Source: Planctomycetota bacterium
GTDB lineage: Bacteria > Planctomycetota > SZUA-567 > H5-PLA8
DNA: 64,000 nt
Direction: 5' to 3'
NCBI GenBank assembly: GCA_015075375.1
Contig: JABTUM010000002.1
Location: 853,393-917,392, forward strand
Under the pieces are notes generated by a model. That model was not told where the DNA came from, did no database searches, and worked only from the letters and a program-made list of their open reading frames with translations. A program made the translations under genes and the position numbers. Shown in pieces: positions 35,447-47,229 of this stretch (positions within the stretch are counted from its first letter, which is position 1; each line of letters starts with the position of its first letter).

Positions 35447-35569
35447 AGGTGCTCTTGGGCCGCAATCCTAGTGTCGTTTCGTTCGGTTGACCAACGGAAG
35501 CGCGTTGGCGGATTGGACGGAGAGATAAACCTGTGGGGGTTCCCCACACGAGACGAAGGGGCGTACGCT

Positions 35570-35755
35570 ATGCGTCAGTCGGAACGGGTGCGATCCATGG
35601 CGGCGGAAAAGAAGCTCTCGGCATCGAAGACCGTGCCTACGCCGAAGTTCGAGGTGCCGGACGAACAGATCATGGAGGATCTGATTAAACCGCTTTTAAT
35701 TGGGTTGGTGGCGTTTTCGGCGGCAGTCTTGGCGTGGGTACTGACCGCGCCTTAG
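35570..35755 (+). CDS. Small (61 aa) tail-anchored membrane protein, hypothetical.
   Basis: ATG at 35570 with a GAAGGG RBS 9 nt upstream. It has a C-terminal transmembrane helix (LLIGLVAFSAAVLAWVL). The longer track ORF 35471..35755 has no RBS at its GTG. Confidence 0.25.
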   Translation: MRQSERVRSMAAEKKLSASKTVPTPKFEVPDEQIMEDLIKPLLIGLVAFSAAVLAWVLTAP

Positions 35756-35772
35756 TCAGAGGAACAAACAAC

Positions 35773-35867
35773 CGGAGCGCACGCGACGGGGAAGCGGCTC
35801 ATTCGTAACCTGGACGGCAAGCCGGGCGAGTGAGTGGTTGAGCCGCGCGCGGGCGCTCCGGTTTTGC
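35773..35867 (+). other. Long stem-loop built on an 11-bp perfect inverted repeat (AACCGGAGCGC ... GCGCTCCGGTT), followed by TTTGCGTTGC.
   Basis: It was read from the sequence. It lies immediately after the small ORF. It could be a terminator or a structured RNA element. Confidence 0.3.
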
Positions 35868-35949
35868 GTTGCACGAAGCTGCCATTCGCGCTGCGATCGC
35901 GGCCCGCAGGAGTCTCGCCCAAGGGTTGGAGTCAGACCTGGCCTTAGGC

Positions 35950-37032
35950 TCAATCACCCGGCCGCTCGATGCTCTGCCCTTCGGCCCAGACGGCCGAGAT
36001 GCGGCGAATCTGCGTCGGACGCTTGGGTTCCTTCAGCAGCAGCGCCGCTTGGCGGGCAAGTTCGGTAAAGTCCACGCGCGGGCCTGAGAGTTCGGGGTGT
36101 TCGGGATCTTTCTCCTGAAAGCAGGCCACGCTGAGTTGCCGGGGCGTATGCAATCCACCTTGTCGCGCGGCTTCGCGTACCAGGATCGCTTTTTGAGCGT
36201 CTACGGCCAGCACCGCAGTGGGACGCCGGGCGCCGGAGAGTAACGCGCGAAAGGCGGGACTGGCCGGTGTGTCGTTGGAGAGCGAGTTGACAATCCATTC
36301 CTTTTTGGGCCGCAGCCCGGCCGCACGCAACGCGCGTTCGTAGCCGCGCTGGCGCTCGATGGTGTCCGGATCGGTATGCCGTGCATGGACGGCAATCTGG
36401 CGGATGAACGCGATGCGGCGGTGGCCGTATTCGATGAGCCTGCGCGTGGCTTCTTCGGCGGCGGCCTCATTGTCCACGCAAGCGCTGTGCATGTTCCACG
36501 CTTCGGGCGGCCGATCGACGAAGACCACCGGCATTTCCATGCGCTCGAAGGCGCGCAGAGCTTCGCGAACGAAATGCCCCCACAGCAGGACGCCGTGGGC
36601 CTGGAGGTTCTCGAAGCTCGCGGGCGCCGCGTAGGTGAAGCGCCAGTGATGCGCCAGAAGCAGCGCGCGGCCTTGATTAGCCACCTCGAGTGTAAGTCCG
36701 TCCTGTATTTGTTTGCCGTAGCGCGTGCGCAATTGGTGATCGAGAAACCCACTGACCACTTCGACGACGAGCCGATGCGTGGCCGATTGGATTCCGTTTG
36801 GATCGCGGACGAGCAGCCGGCCGCCGGGCTGCTTCTCGAGCCAGCCTTCGGCCTGAAGGATTTCCACGGCGGCGCGGACCGTGATGGGGCCGGCGCGATG
36901 TTCATGGGCCAATGCGCGCAGGGAGGGCCAGACGGTTCCGGTGGGCCAGCGTCCGGTTGCGAGACCGTCACGCAGGCGTTGGGCCAAGCGGCGGTAGAGG
37001 GCGTGTGGACCGGGCGGACGTCCGCGGCGCAT
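35950..37032 (-). CDS. GntR-family transcriptional regulator with a periplasmic-binding-protein-like (LacI-type) effector domain.
   Basis: The N-terminal winged HTH (LYRRLAQRLRDGLATGRWPTGTVWPSLRALAHEHRAGPITVRAAVEILQAEGWL) is followed by a sugar-binding-like domain. Confidence 0.7.
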   Translation of the reverse strand: MRRGRPPGPHALYRRLAQRLRDGLATGRWPTGTVWPSLRALAHEHRAGPITVRAAVEILQAEGWLEKQPGGRLLVRDPNGIQSATHRLVVEVVSGFLDHQLRTRYGKQIQDGLTLEVANQGRALLLAHHWRFTYAAPASFENLQAHGVLLWGHFVREALRAFERMEMPVVFVDRPPEAWNMHSACVDNEAAAEEATRRLIEYGHRRIAFIRQIAVHARHTDPDTIERQRGYERALRAAGLRPKKEWIVNSLSNDTPASPAFRALLSGARRPTAVLAVDAQKAILVREAARQGGLHTPRQLSVACFQEKDPEHPELSGPRVDFTELARQAALLLKEPKRPTQIRRISAVWAEGQSIERPGD

Positions 37033-37258
37033 GAGGGCCTCCGGGTTGGCTATCGCAAACGGCTAATAGGACATGAAAGACCACCCTCACCCTTGCGCTT
37101 CTCCCTGAGAAAGCAGGCACCCAAGAGCGCGTTTCGCGGATGGTTCGGCCTCAAGGTTCTCCGCTCTATTTATAGCACAGAAATAAACAGCGCTCTGCTT
37201 TAAAGCGTGGAGTGAGCGGGGGGCGGGGTATGTTGTTTCGGAACGGAGGGCGCGCGCG

Positions 37259-39895
37259 ATGCACAGGTTCACGGCGGTCTGGCTGGCGGCGGTGTGGCTG
37301 GCGGGGGTGGTTCAAGGCGGCGAGGCCGTTCCGGCCACGGGGCCGGGGGTCTGGACGCCGCTGGGCCCGACGGGCGGTTCAATGGGCGGTGCGCTGGTGT
37401 ACGCGCCTGAACGCGGGCAGGTGCTGCGTTGGGGGAGCATGGGAAACCCGCACAGCGGACAAGCCACGAACGAAGTGAGCGCGTTCGAAGCCGGCCAGAG
37501 CGCCTGGGCGCATGACTACGCTCCGAACACGGCTTCGCTCGGCGGCAGCTTCTACGGCGGACAGGAGCACGCCGGCTGGGTGGCGGCAAGCGGCCGGCCG
37601 GCTCCGTTCATGCTTTTTCGGTTGGCGTGCTGGGATTCGAAACGCAAGCGGATGGTAGTCGCCGCGCACAACCTGACGGCAGCTTACGACCCGGCGACGA
37701 AGGCGTGGACGGATCTGAAAGCGGGCTGGATCGGCGCGGACGGTAAGCGCGTGGAGGGGTGCGCGCCGACGAGTTACGAGGGCGTTTGGTTCGCGCCGGT
37801 GCCGGGGCAGTGGGGTTCGATGTGCTACGACGAAGTGAACGACGAGTACCTGATCTTCCCGCTTTGGATCACTCGTTCGACGCGGAGCTGGCGCTACCCC
37901 GAACTGGCTCGCACGGAATTGCCGGACGAAGCGGGGGTCGCGGCCGGGCATTTGGGGACGCTGATTTACGATCCGAACACGAACGCGTGGCGTGCACCGG
38001 AACTGGGCGCGAAAGAGATGCTCGCCGCGCGCGCGAAGCTGGGAGAAGCGATTTGCCTTCAGCGGTTGGCGGCGGCGGCGGGCTGGAAGGCACTGATGGC
38101 CTTCCGCCAGGAGAAGGCGGAGGACGCGGCACAGGCGCTCCCGGCAGCGGGCGCGGCGCAGAAGCAAGCGCTGGCCGCTCTGATTGCGCTGCGCGGCGAA
38201 TGGGAGAAGCCCGCGGGGTCGATTTCGGCCGAAGATGCGGGGCAGTTCAAGGAAGCGGCGGCGCAATTGGCTCGTTCGATCGAGCGCGGCGAACGTGCGC
38301 TGGCGGGGATGAGCGCGGGGAAATTCCCGGAGTTGCCGGCTCTGTGCGCGCAGCAGCAGGCGCTGTACCGCGAACTGCGAATCGTCCTGCGCGAAGACCT
38401 GTATGTGCAGCCGACGCCGCGGTGTTCGACGAGCGTGGTGTACGACGCGAAGAACCGCTGCATCGTGATGGCCGGCGGAACGCGGCTGGACCGGCTGCTG
38501 AACGACACCTGGGTGTACGACTGCGCTTCGCGGCGCTGGCGGCCTAAAACGCCGGCGCCCGAAGCAGCCGACTGGCCGGGGATGTGCTTCGATTCCAAAC
38601 GCGGGGTGGTGCTCTACGCGGCGACGAACGGGACGTACGCCTACGACGCCGCGCAGGACCGTTGGAACCAAGTTGGGGCGGGACGGCCGAAGGGCCTCTA
38701 CTGCGACCTGGCCTACGACGCGAAGCGCGACCGGTACGTCCTGACGGTCTCGAACAACAAGCACGGCAAGGACGAGGCGGCGTTCGAAATGGTTCCGGCG
38801 GATGGCGCGCCCGTCGCGGCGCGTGCGGCGGCTCCGCGGGAAGCCGCGGACGACGCGGCTTTCCCTCCGCCGGCGGATGCGGAGATGTTGGCCCGGCTGA
38901 AGGCGCTTCCGTCCAACACGTGGACGCTCGCGAAACCGCCGAAGGAAGTGACGGGGCGATCGTGGAGCACGATGAGCTGGGATCCGGCCCTGCGCTGCGT
39001 GATTTACCAAGGCGGCGGGCACGGCGGGACGATGGACAACACGATCAGCGCGTACTTTCCGGAGAGCAACCGCTGGGTGAATGCGTTCCCGTCGCAGTAT
39101 CCGCCGGCGATCTTCGGATATTGGTCGGACGCGCTGAGCATGCCCAGCTTCGAGCGGGGCGTGGGGTTATCGTTCCACGCGCGCGGATACGAGTCCTACG
39201 CGGGGCGGATCGTGTACGGCGGACAGGGCGGCTTCGAGTGGGCGACGCGCGATAAGCCGAGGACAACCTATGCGCACGTGCTGGGCGAGAAGCGTCCGGC
39301 GATGCCCGGGTCCAGTTGCCTGCATCCCGCCAAGGCCCTGCTGGTCGGGTTGGGACGCGGTCAGAATTCCGGCGATCCGATCAACGGATCGACGCTGCAT
39401 CTGGGCGATCTGGTTACCGGCGAAACGCGCAGCGTGACCCTCACGGGGCCGGTGCCGAAGATCAACTGCGAATGGAGCGGGCTGGCGGTGCATCCCGACC
39501 GGAACGTACTTTTGCTTCACGGCGCGGGGGATTCGAAAAAGCAGCAGGATACCGAGACGTGGGTGCTGGACCTCGCGAATCCGAGCGCGTGGGCAAAGGT
39601 GGAGACGGGCGCTAACGCTCCGCGCTGCGGCATGGGGAAGCTCTCGGCCATACCCGGAACACCGTACGTGGTGCTGGCCTCGCAGCATTACGAAGATCTG
39701 TGGGTGCTGAACCTGGATAAGAAGAAGTGGGCGGCGCTGGGGAGCGTGTACGCGACGGGCGCGCCCAAGAAGAAATTGAATCTGTACGGGCAATGCGTGT
39801 ACGCGCCGGAAACCGGAGTCTTCGTCCGCAAAGGCGACTACGACTTCCCCACCCTGCTGCTGCGCCCGGATTTTTCAGGGATCAAATTTGAGTAA
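37259..39895 (+). CDS. Secreted Kelch/galactose-oxidase-like beta-propeller repeat protein (878 aa).
   Basis: It has a signal peptide (AVWLAAVWLAGVVQG). Repeated Kelch-like blades carry GG/W/Y spacing. No catalytic motif was recognised. Confidence 0.5.
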   Translation: MHRFTAVWLAAVWLAGVVQGGEAVPATGPGVWTPLGPTGGSMGGALVYAPERGQVLRWGSMGNPHSGQATNEVSAFEAGQSAWAHDYAPNTASLGGSFYGGQEHAGWVAASGRPAPFMLFRLACWDSKRKRMVVAAHNLTAAYDPATKAWTDLKAGWIGADGKRVEGCAPTSYEGVWFAPVPGQWGSMCYDEVNDEYLIFPLWITRSTRSWRYPELARTELPDEAGVAAGHLGTLIYDPNTNAWRAPELGAKEMLAARAKLGEAICLQRLAAAAGWKALMAFRQEKAEDAAQALPAAGAAQKQALAALIALRGEWEKPAGSISAEDAGQFKEAAAQLARSIERGERALAGMSAGKFPELPALCAQQQALYRELRIVLREDLYVQPTPRCSTSVVYDAKNRCIVMAGGTRLDRLLNDTWVYDCASRRWRPKTPAPEAADWPGMCFDSKRGVVLYAATNGTYAYDAAQDRWNQVGAGRPKGLYCDLAYDAKRDRYVLTVSNNKHGKDEAAFEMVPADGAPVAARAAAPREAADDAAFPPPADAEMLARLKALPSNTWTLAKPPKEVTGRSWSTMSWDPALRCVIYQGGGHGGTMDNTISAYFPESNRWVNAFPSQYPPAIFGYWSDALSMPSFERGVGLSFHARGYESYAGRIVYGGQGGFEWATRDKPRTTYAHVLGEKRPAMPGSSCLHPAKALLVGLGRGQNSGDPINGSTLHLGDLVTGETRSVTLTGPVPKINCEWSGLAVHPDRNVLLLHGAGDSKKQQDTETWVLDLANPSAWAKVETGANAPRCGMGKLSAIPGTPYVVLASQHYEDLWVLNLDKKKWAALGSVYATGAPKKKLNLYGQCVYAPETGVFVRKGDYDFPTLLLRPDFSGIKFE

Positions 39896-39907
39896 GGCGG
39901 AGCGAGG

Positions 39908-41725
<1,818 letters not shown>

Positions 41726-41901
41726 GCGAGGCGATTCCTATCGAGTGGCGTGGACGGAAAGCAGTGCGAAGGGTACGGAGTGCGGCGCGGGAGTCAACGC
41801 GCGGAACGACGGAGTTTGGCTGAAAGCCGATACGTGCGGATGCGACGCCCGCAAGGCCTATCCGCCTTGGCTGCCGGCGAGACTGCGGCGCTACAGGTGG
41901 C

Positions 41902-43683
41902 TTACTTCGAAGCGCGCGTGCCGTAGTGCGGCATTGTGGCGCCCAGTTCGAAGGCGCCCAAGTCGGGGGCCTCGCCATTAAATCCGTCGTTGAAGCCGGG
42001 GAGCTTAATGCCGGCATCGATGGCGTCGCTGCCCTCCTTGAGGCGCAGGTCGTTGATGGCGATCTCGAACTGGGTCTTGCCATCAGCGGGCTGTTTGATG
42101 CCGCTGGCGAAGAGTTTTTCGGGGGTAACGATGCGTACGTTTTTGTAAACCGGCGCGGTGGCGCGGACTTCTTCGACGGTTTTGTAACGCTTGTCGTTCC
42201 ACTTCAGGAAGTCGCGCCAGGGGCCGCCGCCGTAGCCGTCGTAGTCGAAATCGTTTTCGCGGCATTCGGCGATGGTTTCGTAGGCGTAGGTGCTTTCGGT
42301 GCCGATGAAGAGGTTGTTCTTCGAGACGCAGTTGGCGATAAACGGCCCGTAGCTGGCGTTGCAGGCGCCGTTCTTGACGAAGGTATTGTGGAACATCAGG
42401 ACTCCGCTGGGACCGTTGTGAAGCTTGAACGGTTCGCCGACGAGATTGTAAACGGCGTTGCGGAAGATGTAGACAGGGCCGCCGAAAGTGGGCTGGCAGG
42501 TGATGCCCTGATACACATTGGTGAAGCGGTTTTCGAAGCAGCGCGTGTTGCGGAACGAGTAGTCCATCTCGATGCCGTCATCGGTCTGCTCGCTGATCTC
42601 GTTATTGTGGAAGTCGATGGCGGCGCATTCGACGCTGGGGAAGGTGTCGATGGCGTCGGCGAATCCGGCAATCCGATTGTAGGCGATCACGTGCCCGCGG
42701 CCGGTGGCCTGGATGCCGCGGCGGCCTTCGATGCCTTTGGTGCGCGGCCACGTGGCGCGGCCTTGGATCACGCAATCGAGCACCCAGAAGCCTTCCACTT
42801 TGCCTTTGTCGTTGTTGGTCCAGGTGATGCCGTATTCGATATCCTGGATGCGCAGGCGGCGCATGACCATCCGGATGCTGCGATGTGCGACGATTCCGTA
42901 ATCGGCCTGAGTCACGGCCATGTCTTCGAACCAGACATCGTTCAAATCGCCGCACGAGATGCACCGTCCGGCTGGCTTTTCGGCGCCGGCCGTGGCATCC
43001 AGAATGGTTTTATCCATCCCCGCGCCGCGCCAGATCACGGGCTTGCCGGGTGCGCCGCTTTTTTGAACTTCAAACACACCTTTATAGGTGCCCGCGCCGA
43101 GCAAAAAGAGCGTGCCGGGCTCGGCGTGCGCATGCGCCGTGGCGAGCCCTTTGAACGGATCGGCTTCGGTCCCGCTGCCTCCGCCTTCGCCGGGAATAAC
43201 GTGAAACGTTTTGAGATCCTTGGGTGCCTGAGGTTCGGCTGCGGTACGTGCTTTGAGCAGTTTTTCGGATTCGCTGCCGTCGGGATCCTTGAGCGTAAGT
43301 CGCCATTCGTACTCGGTATCGGGTTCGAGCAGCAGAAGGCTTCCCGCAAAGAGCCAGCCGTCCTTGGGCGTGCCGACGGTGAAGCCTACCTTTTTATCGC
43401 TGCGTTCGGGCGCGCCCTTTTCGGCCCGGAACAATGGAAGCATCTCGCGCCATTCGGCGGCGCCGGCTTTGCGGTAGTGGCTCTCGACCGTCGCGTTGCG
43501 GTTGTCGTCCCCACCAATCTTCCAATAGACACCCAGGCTGCGCAGCGTTGGCGGCTCGAGTACGGGTTCGCCTTGGGGGCGGCTGGCGTTTTCGGCGTAG
43601 GCTGCGCTAGCGAACAGAGACACGAAGAGAATCATGAGAGTTAAGCGCACGAGAGGTCTCCTTTTACGTAGCCTACACCACAA
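41902..43683 (-). CDS. Secreted right-handed parallel beta-helix repeat protein (pectate-lyase-fold; possible polysaccharide lyase/hydrolase).
   Basis: It has a signal peptide. Repeated NN/HNN-containing beta-helix rungs are present (FHNNEISE, FENRFTNVYQG, FRNAVYN, FHNTFVKNG, SKNNLFIG). Confidence 0.5.
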   Translation of the reverse strand: MWCRLRKRRPLVRLTLMILFVSLFASAAYAENASRPQGEPVLEPPTLRSLGVYWKIGGDDNRNATVESHYRKAGAAEWREMLPLFRAEKGAPERSDKKVGFTVGTPKDGWLFAGSLLLLEPDTEYEWRLTLKDPDGSESEKLLKARTAAEPQAPKDLKTFHVIPGEGGGSGTEADPFKGLATAHAHAEPGTLFLLGAGTYKGVFEVQKSGAPGKPVIWRGAGMDKTILDATAGAEKPAGRCISCGDLNDVWFEDMAVTQADYGIVAHRSIRMVMRRLRIQDIEYGITWTNNDKGKVEGFWVLDCVIQGRATWPRTKGIEGRRGIQATGRGHVIAYNRIAGFADAIDTFPSVECAAIDFHNNEISEQTDDGIEMDYSFRNTRCFENRFTNVYQGITCQPTFGGPVYIFRNAVYNLVGEPFKLHNGPSGVLMFHNTFVKNGACNASYGPFIANCVSKNNLFIGTESTYAYETIAECRENDFDYDGYGGGPWRDFLKWNDKRYKTVEEVRATAPVYKNVRIVTPEKLFASGIKQPADGKTQFEIAINDLRLKEGSDAIDAGIKLPGFNDGFNGEAPDLGAFELGATMPHYGTRASK

Positions 43684-43796
43684 GCCGACGAAAAACCGAC
43701 TCCACTATTCGCCCATCGACGCCATAGAAAGGAAAAGGGCGAGCGGCCGCTTGGATTTCCGGCAGCGCTCGCCCTCCGGCTTCATCGAACAGGGGG

Positions 43797-46010
43797 TCAA
43801 GGAGCGCGTTCCAGTGTGATGGATTTCATCAGCGGCTTGGCTTCGCATTTAATGGTGTACGTTTCGGACTCGCTCTTGGCGATGTGCTCGTGCTTCTTCT
43901 CCTGCCCGTTCTCTTCCCATACGTAGGTAACCTTAATGGGAGCGAAGCCACCCTGGGGTTCGGCGTAGTCGGCGTCGATCCGGTAGTGCAACAATCCGGT
44001 CGCGTTGCGGTTCGTGCCGCTGTAGCGAATCCAGCATTTCTTCTGTCCGGCCTTGACGCCTTCGTAGGCGAAATACTCGCTGGTCGCGGCGGTCGGGCCG
44101 GGCATGCGGTGAATCTTCTCGAAATTCTCGCCGTCGTAGCTGATCGATACATCCCAGCCGTCGTTCTTGTCGCGCGCCCGGAAGTGCGTGCCCAGTCGGA
44201 TGCGCTTGAGTTCGCCGGGCGTTTCGATGGTTTGGGTGAGCGAGCCTTCACCGCCTTCGATAAAGAGCGGCCCGTCGCGAAGATTCTTAATCTCGGGCTT
44301 AAAGGCGGAGTAGTGCAGCACGCTATGCTTCTTCGACTCCTGGGCGGAGAGATTGGGTTCGATGGTGAGCGTACCTTCTTGGGGTCCGCTGCGGAACGTG
44401 ATCGTATTCTCGCCGGTATCGAGCGCCGGGAGTGGGCGCTGTGAATGCTGGACGTCGTGGTGCAGAACCAGCGCGGAAAGACCGGTGCCTGCACCCTTGA
44501 GCACGAAACGGACCCTGTATTGATACCGGCGCAGCAGCGCGTCGCTGAGGTCCAGATCCTGAGAGCCGCTTTGCGTGATGTTGCCCAGTTCTTTCCATTC
44601 GATTCCGTGCGTATCGGAGTAACTGACGGAGATGGAGCCACCGTTGCCGACCACCGCATCGAATCGTACGTGCGACTGAAGAAATACGTAGCTGGTATTC
44701 ACGGGGATGATGAGTTCGGCGGGCTGCGCGGCGTCCTTGACGAGCACTTCGGCGCCTTGCGCGCCTTCGCTCTTGGCTTGCAAGTTCTCGGCCTTAAGCG
44801 CGCCGCCACGAAACGCTCCGCTGGCCAGCGGAACGGAGTAGATGTGCTCGCCGTTACCGATGCGGCCTGGAGCCAGATCGCCCTGCTTTGGGCTGTAGCG
44901 GAGGTTATCTGCTCCGATTTTTTGCGTGAGGCAACCGGGCGTGCCGCCGCCGAACTTGCGGTTCACGTGCAAGCCTTTGTTCGACCAATTTCGGATCAGT
45001 TTTTCACCATGGCGGAGTTGGATATTAACGCGATACCCCATGGCCGTGCCGTATTCGTAAATCTGGTTGGGCTCGACGTCGTATTCCTGCATCGTGCTGT
45101 ACCATCCGTGGGTGGCCGCCGGGAACCAGCCACGTTCGTCGTACTGCTGGCAGCCGCGCAGAATCTCGGGGCCGTTCTTCCAGCCCTTTTCCTTCATGAA
45201 CTTGTAGAGCGCATCGTTGTTGCCCTGGAGGGCGGGATTTTCCTTCAGCCACCCGCGCACACCGGCGATCAGCTCGTCGACCGACGCAAATTTTCCGTCG
45301 GGCTGAGGGAAGTAGCAGATCAACGAACCGTCGAGCAACGACCAGTGCCCGTCGATCTCCACTTCCGGCACGCTGTGAGAGTTGATGATTCGGCCGCGCG
45401 CCTTTAGGCCGGATGCACGGGAGAGCGCTTCGACGTTGGAGGAAGCGCTGTTGCACATCGCGTATCCATACACGTTGAAAATCTTGATCGGATCCATCTG
45501 GCTGGCGACGCCGAGGAATTCATCCGGAGGCGTTTCCTGGTGCTGGTACGTAAAGCAAGATTCCCAAGCGATGAGCGCGCGTTCCTTTTCGGAAAGCCCG
45601 TCCTTCAGGTAGGACTTCTTCCATGCTTCAATGCTGGAGATATCTTTCACCTTATCGGAAAGGACGAACACGTTGCTGACGATGCCCGGCCCGCCTGGCG
45701 CGGCGGTTTCAGGACCTTTAACGACCACGATGGACTCGCCCGGTCCTGCTTTCGCGCGCAGGCCCAGAGGCGCGAGTACTTCTTCAAGCTGCGCGCGCGC
45801 GGACCCGGCTTTGGGCGCCGCGGCGAGCTTAAGGTCCGGCGACACCAGCGCATCGCTGTAGACGAGTTTAAGTCCACTTGCCTGCAGCGTGCGTAGCGCA
45901 TCGCCCAGCGGCATACCGGCCTGCAGTTCGGCAGCGCGGGTCCCTTGGGCGCAGAAGACCACTGCAGCCAGCAGAACCACGAGGCCCGGATTTCCGATCA
46001 CGCTCTTCAT
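43797..46010 (-). CDS. Secreted protein with an N-terminal STN (secretin/TonB N-terminal-like) signalling domain and a transglutaminase-like Cys-His-Asp core.
   Basis: A signal peptide is followed by an STN-like segment (LQAGMPLGDALRTLQASGLKLVYSDALVSPDLKL). A transglutaminase-like triad region follows (YGYAMCNSAS...NSHSVPEV...HWSLLDG). It has a GAGGAG RBS. Confidence 0.55.
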   Translation of the reverse strand: MKSVIGNPGLVVLLAAVVFCAQGTRAAELQAGMPLGDALRTLQASGLKLVYSDALVSPDLKLAAAPKAGSARAQLEEVLAPLGLRAKAGPGESIVVVKGPETAAPGGPGIVSNVFVLSDKVKDISSIEAWKKSYLKDGLSEKERALIAWESCFTYQHQETPPDEFLGVASQMDPIKIFNVYGYAMCNSASSNVEALSRASGLKARGRIINSHSVPEVEIDGHWSLLDGSLICYFPQPDGKFASVDELIAGVRGWLKENPALQGNNDALYKFMKEKGWKNGPEILRGCQQYDERGWFPAATHGWYSTMQEYDVEPNQIYEYGTAMGYRVNIQLRHGEKLIRNWSNKGLHVNRKFGGGTPGCLTQKIGADNLRYSPKQGDLAPGRIGNGEHIYSVPLASGAFRGGALKAENLQAKSEGAQGAEVLVKDAAQPAELIIPVNTSYVFLQSHVRFDAVVGNGGSISVSYSDTHGIEWKELGNITQSGSQDLDLSDALLRRYQYRVRFVLKGAGTGLSALVLHHDVQHSQRPLPALDTGENTITFRSGPQEGTLTIEPNLSAQESKKHSVLHYSAFKPEIKNLRDGPLFIEGGEGSLTQTIETPGELKRIRLGTHFRARDKNDGWDVSISYDGENFEKIHRMPGPTAATSEYFAYEGVKAGQKKCWIRYSGTNRNATGLLHYRIDADYAEPQGGFAPIKVTYVWEENGQEKKHEHIAKSESETYTIKCEAKPLMKSITLERAP

Positions 46011-46061
46011 GATTGACTCCTCTTCCCTATTTATCAGTCCACGATCCCACTGAATTATTTT

Positions 46062-47093
46062 CTACTGATTACTCCGTTGAATCAAAATCGATCCGTTTTC
46101 TTCACTAAATTCAAGTCCGCATGAAGCCAGTACCGCGTCGCAAGCCTCACGAGGGGTAAGACCGCGCACAGAGCCGTGCAGGCGCACCGACAGCACGTTC
46201 GAGCGCTGGTCTGGATTGGTCCAGCGAACTTCGAGCGCCGTTTCACGTGCGACCCAAGCCAGAAATTCGCCGAGTGTGCGTCCTTCCAGTTCGAAAGGAG
46301 GCGCGGCTTCCTGCACCCAACCCCATTCGGGTCCGTTGAGCGCGATCTCGCGGCGCGCGTACTGTCCGGCGGCATCTAGGTTAAGTTCGGTGCCTGCCTG
46401 TGCAGACTCGACGCGGCCTTCACGGCTCAAGTCCACGCGGCCTTCACGCACGCGCACGCGTAACGCCGATTCTCCCAGGCGCACCTCGAACTGCGTTCCG
46501 ACGTCCCGCGCAATCCCGTGGCGCGTACGAACCTCCACGGGCGCCGCGTCCTTAACGCCTTCCGTGTCGATGTAAACGGCCCCGCGATCGAGCTGTACCG
46601 TCCCGGCGGCCAGCAAGCGCACGTGAGTCTCGGCATCGAGCCGAAGGGAAGCGCCGCCGGCCAACCGCAGTGCTGCGCGGCATCCCGAAGGGGTGCTGAG
46701 CGATGCGCCACCGGAAAGTTCGGCGCCCAGATCCAACGCTTGGGCGCGCCGAGTGCCGGGCTGTTCGAGGCGCACGGGGCCGGTAGCGCTTTCCAGCGTG
46801 GCAACGACTCCTGCCGATGCCGGTTCGACTCCGGTGCGAAGCACTAAAAAGAGGAGCGCCGCGGCGGCCAGAGGTGCGAGAGCGAAGCTCCAGCGGACGA
46901 TCCGCCGCCTACGCACCGCGCGCTGCCATTCCGATCGAACCGCGCGCCGGACACGCGCAGCACGCTCCTTCGGAACCTCGGGCCGCGGCCCTGCGGCCCG
47001 TAGCAACCGCGCAAGCGGGTCGCGGGGCGTTTCGGGGTTGCCATTTATCGGCGATTGCTTCACGTGTGTGTCCGATTCCTGTAGGTGCTGCAT
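46062..47093 (-). CDS. FecR-family anti-sigma factor / sigma regulator.
   Basis: It has a cytoplasmic N-terminus, a transmembrane helix (WSFALAPLAAAALLFLVL), a FecR domain and a C-terminal STN-like/DUF4974 segment (GRTLGEFLAWVARETALEVRW). Confidence 0.8.
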   Translation of the reverse strand: MQHLQESDTHVKQSPINGNPETPRDPLARLLRAAGPRPEVPKERAARVRRAVRSEWQRAVRRRRIVRWSFALAPLAAAALLFLVLRTGVEPASAGVVATLESATGPVRLEQPGTRRAQALDLGAELSGGASLSTPSGCRAALRLAGGASLRLDAETHVRLLAAGTVQLDRGAVYIDTEGVKDAAPVEVRTRHGIARDVGTQFEVRLGESALRVRVREGRVDLSREGRVESAQAGTELNLDAAGQYARREIALNGPEWGWVQEAAPPFELEGRTLGEFLAWVARETALEVRWTNPDQRSNVLSVRLHGSVRGLTPREACDAVLASCGLEFSEENGSILIQRSNQ

Positions 47094-47229
47094 TTGCGAC
47101 TGAACGGCGAACGTAATTCAAGCCCAATGAGTGCACACAGGCTTATTATGCTGAGTATCTGGGGCATCTAAATCCTTCGCTATAAGCATGGCGATTGATG
47201 CTCCATGCCCTGGAACACGATGGGCAGGC

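Noticed and set aside
35471-35569. The GTG-initiated N-terminal third of track ORF 35471..35755.
   Set aside because: There is no RBS at the GTG. The internal ATG at 35570 has a GAAGGG RBS, so only the shorter ORF is listed, at low confidence.
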